This document shows, piece after piece, positions 10,671-20,636 of a DNA stretch of 25,248 nt. Each line of letters begins with the position of its first letter. Within the stretch, counting starts at the first letter, position 1. Source of the DNA: Octopus sinensis (Eukaryota); the NCBI RefSeq assembly GCF_006345805.1, contig NW_021836123.1, positions 1 through 25,248 of the forward strand, in the 5' to 3' direction. The notes under the pieces are model-generated. The model ran no database searches and was not told the DNA's origin. It worked only from the letters and a program-made list of their open reading frames with translations. The translations under genes and the position numbers were made by a program.

Positions 10671-11456
10671 TTCACCCAAAAATGGGGAAGAAAAAGAAAC
10701 AACATTAACAACAATTAACAAATCTCAAAATATAACAGTATCCAAAGTACAACAATGCACAACTCGCATCGACAATGCTATTCAAATTTTCTAACACCAC
10801 ACAAAGAAAAACAACATTATTTCATTACTTAAACATGCAATTGGTTGTTGTTAATAGAAATTCAAACGCGCCGGTTTCAAATTCCTTAAGCTTATACAAT
10901 TTTATTACAACCATTTTTATTCTATACACTTTCAAAGAGTAGAGGAAAACCTATGGTTGCAGAAAGGGATCACCTCAGCAAATTTAAAGTTTTGGGCCCA
11001 AAAAACTTAAGGATGGAAGGGATTCCTTAACACATAGCTTATACTTATTTATTTTACTCTGAAGTAAGGGTCCCTCAAAATAACAGACCATTCCAAAGAA
11101 TATCTTTTCTCATTACTCTTTAAACCATGTATATAAGAGGCAAGTGTAGTAAATAAAGTATTTTTCATTCGAAAACAAATTCATGTGGGCCCTATGCCTA
11201 CTGTACTGCCTTTATAAAATTTATCTAAATTACCCTCCTCTTTAGCAACGCATGACTAATCTAAAAGTTAAACCCAGCAGACTAGTTCAAATTTTCTGAC
11301 ACCCAGCCACCAAAAAAAAAACGAATTATTTTATTGCTAATCATGCAGGTGGTCGTTGTTAATAGAAATCCAAACCGTATAAACATACACATATACACAT
11401 ATATTTGTATATACATATATATATATACACATACACACACACCTATATTTGTATAT

Positions 11457-11720
11457 AGCCGAGCCGAGCCGAGCCGAGCCCTGGCCCCCATAGCGCTCAT
11501 TGGGGGATCGTAGCCTTGGACAGTGAGCCTCAACAGGTCTTCGCAAGCAGAGTTTAGTGTCCAATGAAGGAAAGGTACGCATAAGTAGGCTGGTTACACC
11601 CGCTGGCATAGGCCATGAGGTTATGGTCTCACTTGGCTTGTAACCCATAAAAGCCCTCAATGACTCAACAGAGCTCAGAAACACGTCCTCCTCCGCCACG
11701 TCACCTTCAACACCATGGAG
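11457..11720 (-). mobile_element. RTE-3'UTR-related element ending in a hairpin and (GGCTC)n tail
   Basis: The reverse complement of about 11525-11630 matches about 8728-8835 (caagtgagaccataacc...gaagacctgttgaggc), then diverges. (GCCGA)4 lies at about 11458-11478 on the plus strand. Confidence 0.65.
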
Positions 11721-12202
11721 TTATCTAAACTAATACAGAACTCTGAATTAATTAGTCATGGTTCTAACAACGGAATGCTCACACCGAACCTGATCATGTC
11801 AAGACTACATCACTCACTTCTGACATTTCCTTTTATTTTTTAACTGGTTCCAATCAGACTGTGGCCACACTGGAGCACTGATTTCAGAGTTTTATTTGAT
11901 CTTATTCAGACTTGTACTTCTGTACTTTTCACTGGTGGTGTTGGTGACGGCAGAGGCGGAAGTTTGACCAAAACCCCTCAGATACCAAAAGATAAGTTCA
12001 TTAAAAAGACAAACAATAAAAAAAAAACAGTAAAGAACAATAAAAGTTGAAAAGCTTTTTTCTTTCTTTCGAAATGGTTTCTCATTCGATGGTTGATGCG
12101 ATGAAAGGAGACTGAATGAATTTTGTTAACTTTTAGTCATGGTTTGGGCCAAAGTTTATTAATTTGCATCTCTTAATGCTAATTAATTATTAGAAGCCAT
12201 GA

Positions 12203-12357
12203 GTGCAGGTGTGGCTTTGTGGCTTGGAAGTTGGCTTCCCACTCATATGATCCTGGGTTCAGTCCCACTGTGTGGCACCTTGGGCAAGTGTCTTCTACTA
12301 CATCCCCAGACCAAGCAAAGCCTTGGGAGTGGATTTGGTAGACAGAAACTGAAAGAA
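12203..12357 (+). mobile_element. tRNA-headed SINE, 5' part
   Basis: A-box-like gtggctttgtgg and B-box-like gggttcagtccc, followed by ggcaccttgggcaagtgtcttctacta. Homologous to the reverse complement of 21383-21530. Confidence 0.8.
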
Positions 12358-12460
12358 GGTGGCGTGCTGGCAGAAACGTTAGCACGCCGGGCGAAATGCT
12401 TAGCGGTATTTCATCTGCCGCTACGTTCTGTGTTCAAATTCCACCGTGGTCGCCATTGCC
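12358..12460 (+). mobile_element. SINE head of the array-unit family, 3'-truncated
   Basis: ggcgtgctggcagaaacgttagcacgccgggcgaaatgcttagcggtatttc...tgtgttcaaattccaccgtggtcg. Confidence 0.85.
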
Positions 12461-12514
12461 TGAAGGCAAAACTGCACCAGAAATGGGTTTCAATTCCTAT
12501 ATATATACTTTTAT

Positions 12515-12700
12515 CTTTTACTTTAGTCTTTAGTCATTTGACTGCAGCTATGCTGGGGCATATGGAATATGGAAGAGAGAGATAAGAAGGGTTTTAGTCG
12601 AACAATTGTTTTTAAGGTCTGGTACTTATTCTATTGGTCTCCTTTGCACCAAACCTCAAAGTTATGGGGAATGTAAACACACCAACACTGGTTGTCAACT
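12515..12700 (-). mobile_element. SINE 3' body, degenerate homolog of 21097-21300
   Basis: agtcatttgactgcagctatgctgg...ggtacttattctattggtctc...gtaaacacaccaacactggttgtcaa. Confidence 0.75.
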
Positions 12701-12714
12701 GGCGGTAAAGAGAC

Positions 12715-12912
12715 TTGCTTTAACAAAAGGTGAGGGGCGCCTCACTCCCAGTGGTCTTTCAGCACGCCGGACACCATCCCGGAATTTCTGCGTACCCGTG
12801 ATAACGTTTATTGGATGGCCGTTGACTCTCAAGAGGTCCTCCGCCCTTTGACGGGTTTTGTTTTTCATCCCGCAGGGTGTCCAATAAACACCCTCCTCAC
12901 CAAGCAAGCTTG
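12715..12912. mobile_element. GC-rich unclassified repeat fragment, possibly a LINE 5' UTR
   Basis: Abrupt GC/CpG-rich block with internal repetition of ccaataaac/gtttattgg and no convincing ORF. Classification is inference only. Confidence 0.3.
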
Positions 12913-13611
12913 TATTGGGTTACATGTTACCAATAGCACTCGAAAGGGACCTGACTGCTACGGACATATGAACTAACTGTTCATGATATATATCGAAAAA
13001 TCACTAGTCATACGAAAAAATCAAAAATGAATTCACTTACCTTCGAGGCCAAAATAACTTTCAAAGAGATTTCTTCCAGAAACTGAAGATTTAAAACAAC
13101 TGAAAAAGTCATCGTTTTTTCCACTGTTTTTCATTTAAAGATGGCTTTCGTTACATCATCCTAAAGACAATGCCTAAGCCCATTCTACGGCAAAAAAACA
13201 ACTTAACTAAACTATTCTTAACCTTTTGTACTTTTTGGTCAGAAACATTTTGGAGCTAAAGTAAACAATCATCACGATATCGACATTTATTGATGTTTGG
13301 GAACTGGTCTGCCATTTCAGAAAGTATATATATTCAGACCAAATCAGCTACTTGTGCTGAAGCAGATCTTTCTTTACATCTAACACGATGTCTTTCTCCG
13401 CTTCTAAGTTAAAGATTAAAATAAAGCAACCCTGCAAACACGACTGATCTTTGCGCACAGATGCACAGAGTAAGAGCAATGAAATTACGACAGCGGAGTG
13501 CACAAGCAAACACAGCGATCTGACTGTCGCTGTAATCTTGACAAGAGATGCCAGTTTGTCTTTTACACCTACCAGGCTCGTTCCTATTAGCCCGAGTTGC
13601 GGATAAATTTT

Positions 13612-14000
13612 CGTTCCGGATCTTTTCTGTTGAACGGCAGTTTTTTAAAGTAATTTCCACGTAACTAAACACTTTTAAACTTCGTATACTGGTAGAATGT
13701 GTTTATAAACATCTTTTCTTTCTTGGCTTTATTGAGAAAATTCTATAGTATGTAAGATATTTGTTGTTTTTTTCTACAATTTCTGCAATTTCAACCTATC
13801 AATGATGTCTATTGAGGTAAAAAAAACATTCTGTGCCGTATGAATATGTCCTCGTTTAAGAAAGAGATTGGGTTTATTTACATGTCTGAAGAAATAATAT
13901 ACCCTCCCCTCACCCCTAACCCTAACCCTAACTGACCCTAAAACAGATCGAAATGCAATAGATCGATACTAGGGTCATAACTATGGTGACAATTTCATAT
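13612..14000. mobile_element. Non-autonomous interspersed element carrying (CCCTAA)3 and a terminal hairpin
   Basis: cccctaaccctaaccctaac at about 13913-13932, then an imperfect inverted repeat gaccctaaaac...tagggtc. It resembles an abundant octopus repeat from memory; not searched. Confidence 0.5.
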
Positions 14001-14388
14001 AACGTTCCTTTAGAATTATTACAGAACGGAAACTTTTCATGGATTTGAATTTAATATTAATCTCTCGAAAATTTTGTTTCAAGAAAATATTGTATTTGAA
14101 TTAATTTTAATTTTGACGATTATTGATAACAACTCGGGCTGTAACTTCTGAGCCCGAGTCAGGCGCGTGTGAACGATGTCGAGAGAACGTCTACTACGAA
14201 TGATATTTTCTGACACAGACGGTGAACGAAATAAACCAACAGCGACCAGGCTCAATAAAAGGAGCCCAAGTTATTGGCTGCAATTACATACTTGAAGTCA
14301 GTGTTGGCAGAAATCAGCTTATAAATACACGTCTACCTATTAAATTTATATTCGGGCTAAGCTCGAATGGCCCGAGTGCCGGAGTCAC

Positions 14389-14394
14389 CATATA

Positions 14395-14450
<56 letters not shown>
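14389..14450 (+). repeat. (TA)n microsatellite
   Basis: Seen directly; a second (TA)n lies at about 14840-14907. Confidence 0.97.
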
Positions 14451-14454
<4 letters not shown>

Positions 14455-14844
14455 GTTAATGGAAGAAATGGAGTTGAACGTCCTCGTTCGAATTGCTTTG
14501 CTGCGCCTCTGTTTGTTTTGTTCTGACAACGTAATTCCTGGTTTTTTTTTCTGAAGAAAAGCTGCAATATGGTATCCTTATTTAATCAGAATTTGGAAAA
14601 TTGTGCCTTTGAAACATGTGTAGAATGTAATAAAAGGAATTCTGTTCAATCTTCGTTCAACTCCATTTCTTCCATTCACTATTATATTAAACTTGAAATT
14701 ATCCGCACCAACGCACGGTTGCAACAACCTATGTCTTATCTCCAACCGTGTTTTTTTTCTGTTGTGATTTTTGCTACCAGGTATCGGTTAAACTTTTGAA
14801 CAATCTGTAACAAGAAAATTCATCTTTCCATTTCAACAAATATA

Positions 14845-14902
<58 letters not shown>

Positions 14903-15095
14903 ATATAATCAATACAAGCAACAAGGATATCCAAAGGTCGTGTAGTACAATCGTTTCATGCTACTTCATTTAATTAATCAATGTAAGTATTACATCAGTT
15001 TCAAAATGTAGAGCACTCTTCAGCCACATATGGACCTTTTTAATTAAATTGACAATATTCATTTTTATACTTATTCCATTTAGACAGAGAGATAA

Positions 15096-15096
<1 letters not shown>

Positions 15097-15173
<77 letters not shown>

Positions 15174-15174
15174 A
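15097..15174 (+). repeat. (TCTA)n microsatellite followed by a SINE 3' fragment to about 15250
   Basis: Repeat seen directly; ggcggtgccccagca...catggtcacag matches the SINE tail at about 17025. Confidence 0.9.
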
Positions 15175-15257
15175 TAATGGCGGTGCCCCAGCAGAATGGT
15201 GGTGCCCCAGCATGGTCACAGCTCGTGAGATGAAACTAGATAAAATAAAAATAAAAT

Positions 15258-15565
15258 CATCATCATTGTTTAATGTCCATTCTCCATGCTAGCATGGGTT
15301 GGACGGTTCGACCGGGGATCTGGGAAGCCAGAAGGCTGCACCAGGCTCCAGTCTTATCTGGCAATGTTTCTACAGCTGGATGCCCTTCCTAACGCCAACC
15401 ACTCCGTGAGTGTAGTGGGTGCTTTTTACGTGCCACCTGCACAGGTGCCAGGTGAGGCTGTCAACGGCCACGGTCGGATTGGTGCATTTTACGTGCCACC
15501 GGCACGGAAGCCAGTCGAGGCGACGCTGGCATAGGCCATGAGTCGGATAGTGCTTTTTACGTACC
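15258..15565 (-). mobile_element. RTE 3' end in inverted orientation
   Basis: catcatcattgtttaatgtcc...ggatgcccttcctaacgccaacc...tttttacgtgccacc is the reverse complement of the 8.9-9.25 kb and 16.1-16.4 kb tails. Confidence 0.88.
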
Positions 15566-15644
15566 ACCAGACCAGGGGTTCTGGCTGGTTCAATTCGATT
15601 TCGATTCGAATTGAATATATATAATATATATAAAATAATATATA

Positions 15645-16416
15645 TATATGAGAGAAATGCTGGACATAACAAGCATCGGATGTGGCATGCAAGAAAGAAG
15701 TCTGCGCTGGTATAGTCATGTACTCCGGATGGATGAGGAGAGATGTGCGAAGAAGTGCCACTCCCAAACAGTTGAAGGTATCCGGGGTAGAGGTAGACCC
15801 AGGAAGACATGGAATAAGGTGATCAAGCTTGATCTTCGAGCGTTGGGCCTCACAGAGGCAATGACGAAAGACCGAGACCTCTGGAGATATGCTGTGACAG
15901 CGAAGACCCGACAAATAACGTGAGGCTGTTTCCTGCACCAGCTTCACATAACAGCCCCAACCCATCGAAAATACCTTGGATCGCAGGACGGCCTACTGTG
16001 CTTACCTTGGATCGTAGGGTGACCTGCTGTGCTTGAGGAGACCTACTGAGTCAAGTACATCAACATCAAAATAAAAATCAAATGGAAATTGTAGTTGTGA
16101 TACCCGTGCCAGTGGCACATACAAAACACCATCTCAACGAGGCTGATGCCACCGCCGTGTTGACTGGCTTCCGTGCTGGGGGCACATAAAAAGCACCAAC
16201 CGATCGTGGCCGTTGCCAGCCTCCTGGGGTACCTGTGCTGGTGGCACGTAAGAAGCGCCCTCTAAACTCACAGAGTGGTTGGCGTTAGGAAGGGCATCAA
16301 GCTGTAGAGACACTGCAAGATCAGACTGGAGCCTGGTGCAGCCTCCTGGCTTCTCAGACCACGGTCGAACCGTCTAACCCATGCTAGCATGGAAAACTGA
16401 CGTTAAACGATGATGA
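15645..16416 (+). mobile_element. 5'-truncated RTE-clade LINE (ORF C-terminus, 3' UTR and GAT tail)
   Basis: ORF 15648-15923 reads LRWYSHVLRMDEERCAKK...GIRGRGRPRKTW...DRDLWR, the canonical RTE ORF2 end. The UTR ends in gttaaacgatgatgat. Confidence 0.88.
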
Positions 16417-16486
16417 TATATATATACCACATAAGGGGGATCAGCCATCTGAATGTGGCTAGGGACAGGGCAGGGTGGTGGGGGTG

Positions 16487-16487
16487 T

Positions 16488-16523
<36 letters not shown>

Positions 16524-17062
16524 TACATTTCTGTGTGTATGTATGTGGTATGTATGTACGTATGTACGTATGTATGTATTATGTATGTATGTATGTACGT
16601 ATGTGTGTGTGTATGTACGTATGTACGTAAGTATGTGTGTATGTATTATGTATGCGTGTATGTACGTCTGTACGTCTGTATATACGTATGCATGTACGTA
16701 TGTACGTATGTATGTATGTGTATGTATGTATGTATGTATGTACGTAAGAATGTACGTAAGTATGTACGTATGTATGTATGTACGTATTATGTATGTATGT
16801 ATGTACGTATGTACGTATGTATATACGTATGCATGTACGTATGTACGTATGTATGTATGTATGTGTGCGTGTGTGTATTGTGGCTTTGTGTGTGTGTCTG
16901 TTGTTTACGTTTATCTCCATGTGACTTAGCGGTTCGCTATAAAAGGCCAATAAAATGTACCAGACAAAAATGAGAAATAACTGGTGTCAGTTTCTTAGAT
17001 TAAAATTCTTCAATGCGGTGCCCCAGCGTGGCCGCAGTCTAATAACTGAAAAAGTGAAAAAA
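16487..17062 (+). mobile_element. Expanded (TA)/(ATGT)/(ACGT) compound microsatellite (to about 16895) followed by a SINE 3' body
   Basis: Repeat seen directly. tgtttacg...gacttagcggttcg...gcggtgccccagcgtggccgcagtc matches the reverse complement of 21097-21250. Confidence 0.8.
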
Positions 17063-17305
17063 ACTACAAAATTCCTTGGTAACACTTTAAACTAAGGGAC
17101 ATAACTCTTGTACTTCCCACTGTGGCTTTATCTGCTAGAAATAGCAGCGAAAATGGTTTTAAGCCAGATCCCAATGCTGGATCTTCAAGAACCAAATGAA
17201 GAGCAGAGTGTCAATCCTGGGATCATCCTGATTCCAAAAAGGTAGAATATGTCCATGTAGACTGAGGGACAGGGGTCACAGGAACAAGGGAATTTCGCTT
17301 TTATT

Positions 17306-19254
17306 AAGGCGCGAGCTGGCAGAAACGTTTGCGAAATGCTTACCAGTATTTCATCTGCCGTTACGTTCTGGGTTCAAATTCCGCCGAGGTCGACTTTGCC
17401 TTTCATCCTTTCGGGGTCCATTAAATAAGTACCAGTTACGCACTAGGGTCGATATTACCGACTTCATCCGTTTGTCTGTCCTTGTTTGTCCTCTCTGTGT
17501 TTAGCCCCTTGTGGGTAGTAAAGAAATAGGTATTTCGTCTGCCCTTACGTTCTGAGTTCAAATTCCGCCGAGGTCGACTTTGCTTTTCATTCTTTCGGGG
17601 TCCATTAAATAAGTACCAGTTACGCACTGGGGTCGATATAGACGACTTAATCCGTTTGTCTGTCCTTGTTTATCCTCTCTGTGTTTAGCCCCTTGTGGGT
17701 AGTAAAGAAATAGGTATTTCGTCTGCCGTTACGTTCTGAGTTCAAATTCCGCCGAGGTCGACTTTGCCTTTCATCCTTTCAGGGTCCATTAAATAAGTAC
17801 CAGTTACGCACTGGGGTCGATATAGTCGACTTAATCCGTTTGTCTGTCCTTGTTTGTTCCGTCTGTGTTTAGCCTCTGTGGGTAGTAAAGAAATAGGTAT
17901 TTCGTCTGCCGTTACGTTATGAGTTCAAATTCCGCCGAGGTCGACTTTGCCTTTCATCCTTTCGGGGTCCATTAAATAAGTACCAGTTATGCACTGGGGA
18001 CGATATAGTCGACTTAATCCGTTTGTCTGGCCTTGTTTGTCCCGTCTGTGTTTAGCCCCTTGTGGGTAGTAAAGAAATAGGTATTTCATCTGCCGTTACG
18101 TTATGAGTTCAAATTCCCCCGAGGTCGACTTAGCCTTTCATCCTTTCGGGGTCCATTAAATAAGTACCAGTTATGCACTGGGGACGATATAGTCGACTTA
18201 ATCCGTTTGTCTGTCCTTGTTTGTCCCGTCTGTGTTTAGCCCCTTGTGGGTAGTAAAGAAATAGGTATTTCATCTGCCGTTACGTTCTGGGTTCTAATTC
18301 CACCGAGGTCGACCTTGCCTTTCATCCTCTCGGGGTCGATAAATTAAGTACCAGTTACGCACTGGGGTCGATATAATCGACTTAATCCGTTTGTCTGTCC
18401 TTGTTTGTCCCGTCTGTGTTTATCCCCTTGTGGGTAGTAAAGAAATAGGTATTTCGTCTGCCGTTACGTTCTGGGTTCAAATTCCGCCGCGGTCGACTTT
18501 GCCTTTCATCCTTTCGGGGTCGATTAAATAAGTACCAGTTACGCACTGGGGTCGATACAGACGACTTAATCCGTTTGTCTGTCCTTGTTTGTCCACTCTG
18601 TGTTTAGCCCCTTGTGGGTAGTAAAGAAATAGGTATTTCGTCTGCCGTTATGTTCTGAGTTCAAATTCCGCCGAGGTCGACTTTGCCTTTCATCCTTTCG
18701 GGGTCCATTAAATAAGTACCAGTTACGCACTGGGGTCGATATAGTCGACTTAATCCGTTTGTCTGTCCTTGTTTGTCCCGTCTGGGTTTATCCCCTTGTG
18801 GGTAGTAAAGAAATAGGTATTTCGTCTGCCGTTACGTTCTGAGTTCAAATTCCGCCGAGGTCGACTTTGCCTTTCATCCTTTCGGGGTCCATTAAATAAG
18901 TACCAGTTACGCACTAGGGTCGATATTACCGACTTAATCCGTTTGTCTGTCCTTGTTTGTCCCGTCTGTGTTTACCCCTTGTGGGTAGTAAAGAAATAGG
19001 TATTTCGTCTGCCGTACGTTCTGAGTTCAAATTCCGCGCCGAGGTCGACTTTGCCTTTCATCCTTTCGGGGTCCATTAAATAAGTACCAGTTACGCACTA
19101 GGGTCGATATTACCGACTTAATCCGTTGTTTCTGTCCTTGTTTGTCCCGTCTGTGTTTAGCCCCTTGTGGGTAGTAAAGAAATAGGTATTTCGTCTGCCG
19201 TTACGTTCTGAGTTCAAATTCCGCCGAGGTCGACTTTGCCTTTCATCCTTTCGG
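17306..19254 (+). repeat. Head-to-tail tandem array of a 184-bp SINE-derived unit, about 10.5 copies
   Basis: The marker g(a/c)ggtcgac starts at 17386, 17570, 17754, 17937, 18121, 18305, 18489, 18673, 18857, 19041 and 19226. Each unit carries a B-box-like gttcaaattcc or near variant. The SINE head is present only at 17306. Confidence 0.97.
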
Positions 19255-19261
19255 ATGTTAT

Positions 19262-19317
19262 AATAAACACTCACCGGTAAAATTCCCACTTTTTTCTTAT
19301 TTTTATTGTACTTGCAA

Positions 19318-19366
<49 letters not shown>

Positions 19367-19510
19367 CATACATATATATATATACAGGATGCAAGACGCA
19401 ACGAAAATTTTAGGACAATAAAAATAAGAAAAAAGTGGGAATTTTACCGGTGAGTGTTTTACATAATAAGGCACAAAAAGAAAATGATTCTCTCCAGACA
19501 CAACAGAATT
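19262..19510. mobile_element. MITE/foldback-like element: about 45-bp inverted repeats around (TA)n
   Basis: aaacactcaccggtaaaattcccacttttttcttatttt(t)attgt at about 19265-19310 and its reverse complement at about 19415-19460. The right arm also matches the reverse complement of 22672-22748. Confidence 0.75.
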
Positions 19511-19637
19511 ATTGAACTTCAGTATTACAACAACCAAAAAATAGAAACACATTTTCTTATGCGAATATAGTGTTGCGTTGACAAATTCAATTCAAAGTTT
19601 TTATTCATTCTGCAAATCTTGTCCGTTGATCCCATGC

Positions 19638-19960
19638 TAAAAACGTCCTTATAGACATTGGTTTGAGTTTTACCTGTAGGGGTGAAAATGAAAAATTGTC
19701 TTTGCTCCCCTCTCTGGAACCCCAGGATATGTCTGTGTGAAAAACAACCCTTTTCTAATTGCAAAGAAGTAACTTTGAATGTCTGATCTTGGTACTTATC
19801 AATGGACATCGCAAGAGACTGACGTATTGGAAATTGAAGTCGTTTGAGTTCGAAGGGAATATTTGAAGGTATTAAACTTAAGTGAAGCATAAATATATCT
19901 TCACCTTTTCCAAAGACAAAAAATATTCTGGTTTCTATGATATTTCTCGTTAATTTTTTG
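19638..19960 (-). pseudogene. Helitron RepHel PIF1-type helicase C-terminal fragment
   Basis: In frame: KKLTRNIIETRI..GKGEDIF..SLIPSNIPFELKRLQFPIRQSLAMSIDKYQDQTFK..LEKGCFSH..GKTQTNVYKDVF. This corresponds to the helicase motifs FPxxxxFAMTINKSQGQT and CFSHGQLYV. Confidence 0.85.
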
Positions 19961-20042
19961 GATTTTCTTTTGTTATTGTCTGCTATTCATACAGGCGCAC
20001 AAGAAGTGTATGGACATACACACTACTTGTGTTTATACTTCT

Positions 20043-20049
20043 CTGTCTG

Positions 20050-20081
<32 letters not shown>

Positions 20082-20082
20082 A

Positions 20083-20128
<46 letters not shown>

Positions 20129-20154
20129 GTATATATACATATATGAGTGCGAGT

Positions 20155-20187
<33 letters not shown>
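20043..20187 (+). repeat. (CTAT)n and (AG)n microsatellites
   Basis: Seen directly; (ATGT)n follows at about 20533-20633. Confidence 0.95.
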
Positions 20188-20604
20188 AATATAACTATAG
20201 ATACAGGTACATAAAAATACCTTAGGAAAGTGAACTCAGGTTTCAAATTTCCCCAAGATACCTGATGAAGGGTATAAAAAATGACATCTAGAATCACTTC
20301 CCTTGCGTCATATAAAACCGACGTGAGAGTTTCGAATTGAAATGGGTTCGTTTTTCGCTTGCGAAGGGGACACGAGCATTGGCGCACCAACAGACACACA
20401 TACGCATGCAAGCTTCCTGCTGATACCTTTAACAATTAAACATCATAAAGTAATAACAATATCTAGTACGACCCTTTGCACTTGATCAGGTTATTATTTT
20501 GTTTCAGATATGCGTGTGTGAGTATATACACCTATGTATGTATGTATGTATGTATGTATGTATGTATGTATGTATGTATGTATGTATGTATGTATGTATG
20601 TATG

Positions 20605-20636
<32 letters not shown>

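Noticed and set aside
9452-10708. Plus-strand Leu/Phe/Ser-rich ORFs
   Set aside because: They are antisense shadows of the purine-rich minus-strand ORF1.
13913-13932. True telomere or chromosome-fusion site
   Set aside because: Only three CCCTAA units, embedded within an interspersed element.
14569-14799. 76-aa plus-strand ORF as a first coding exon
   Set aside because: No homology recognised, and the neighbouring splice signals are weak.
16410-16973. Long YVCM/HTYI ORFs, also at 20476-20730 and 20951-21451
   Set aside because: They are translations of (ATGT)n tracts and SINE sequence.
17350-17535. Hammerhead ribozyme in the array unit
   Set aside because: No CUGANGA core on either strand; only a gacgaaa-like half on the minus strand.
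17306-19254. CRISPR array
   Set aside because: Whole 184-bp units repeat with no unique spacers, there are no cas genes, and the context is eukaryotic.
20255-20330. ctgatgaaggg as a hammerhead core
   Set aside because: No complementary stem II followed by GAAA.
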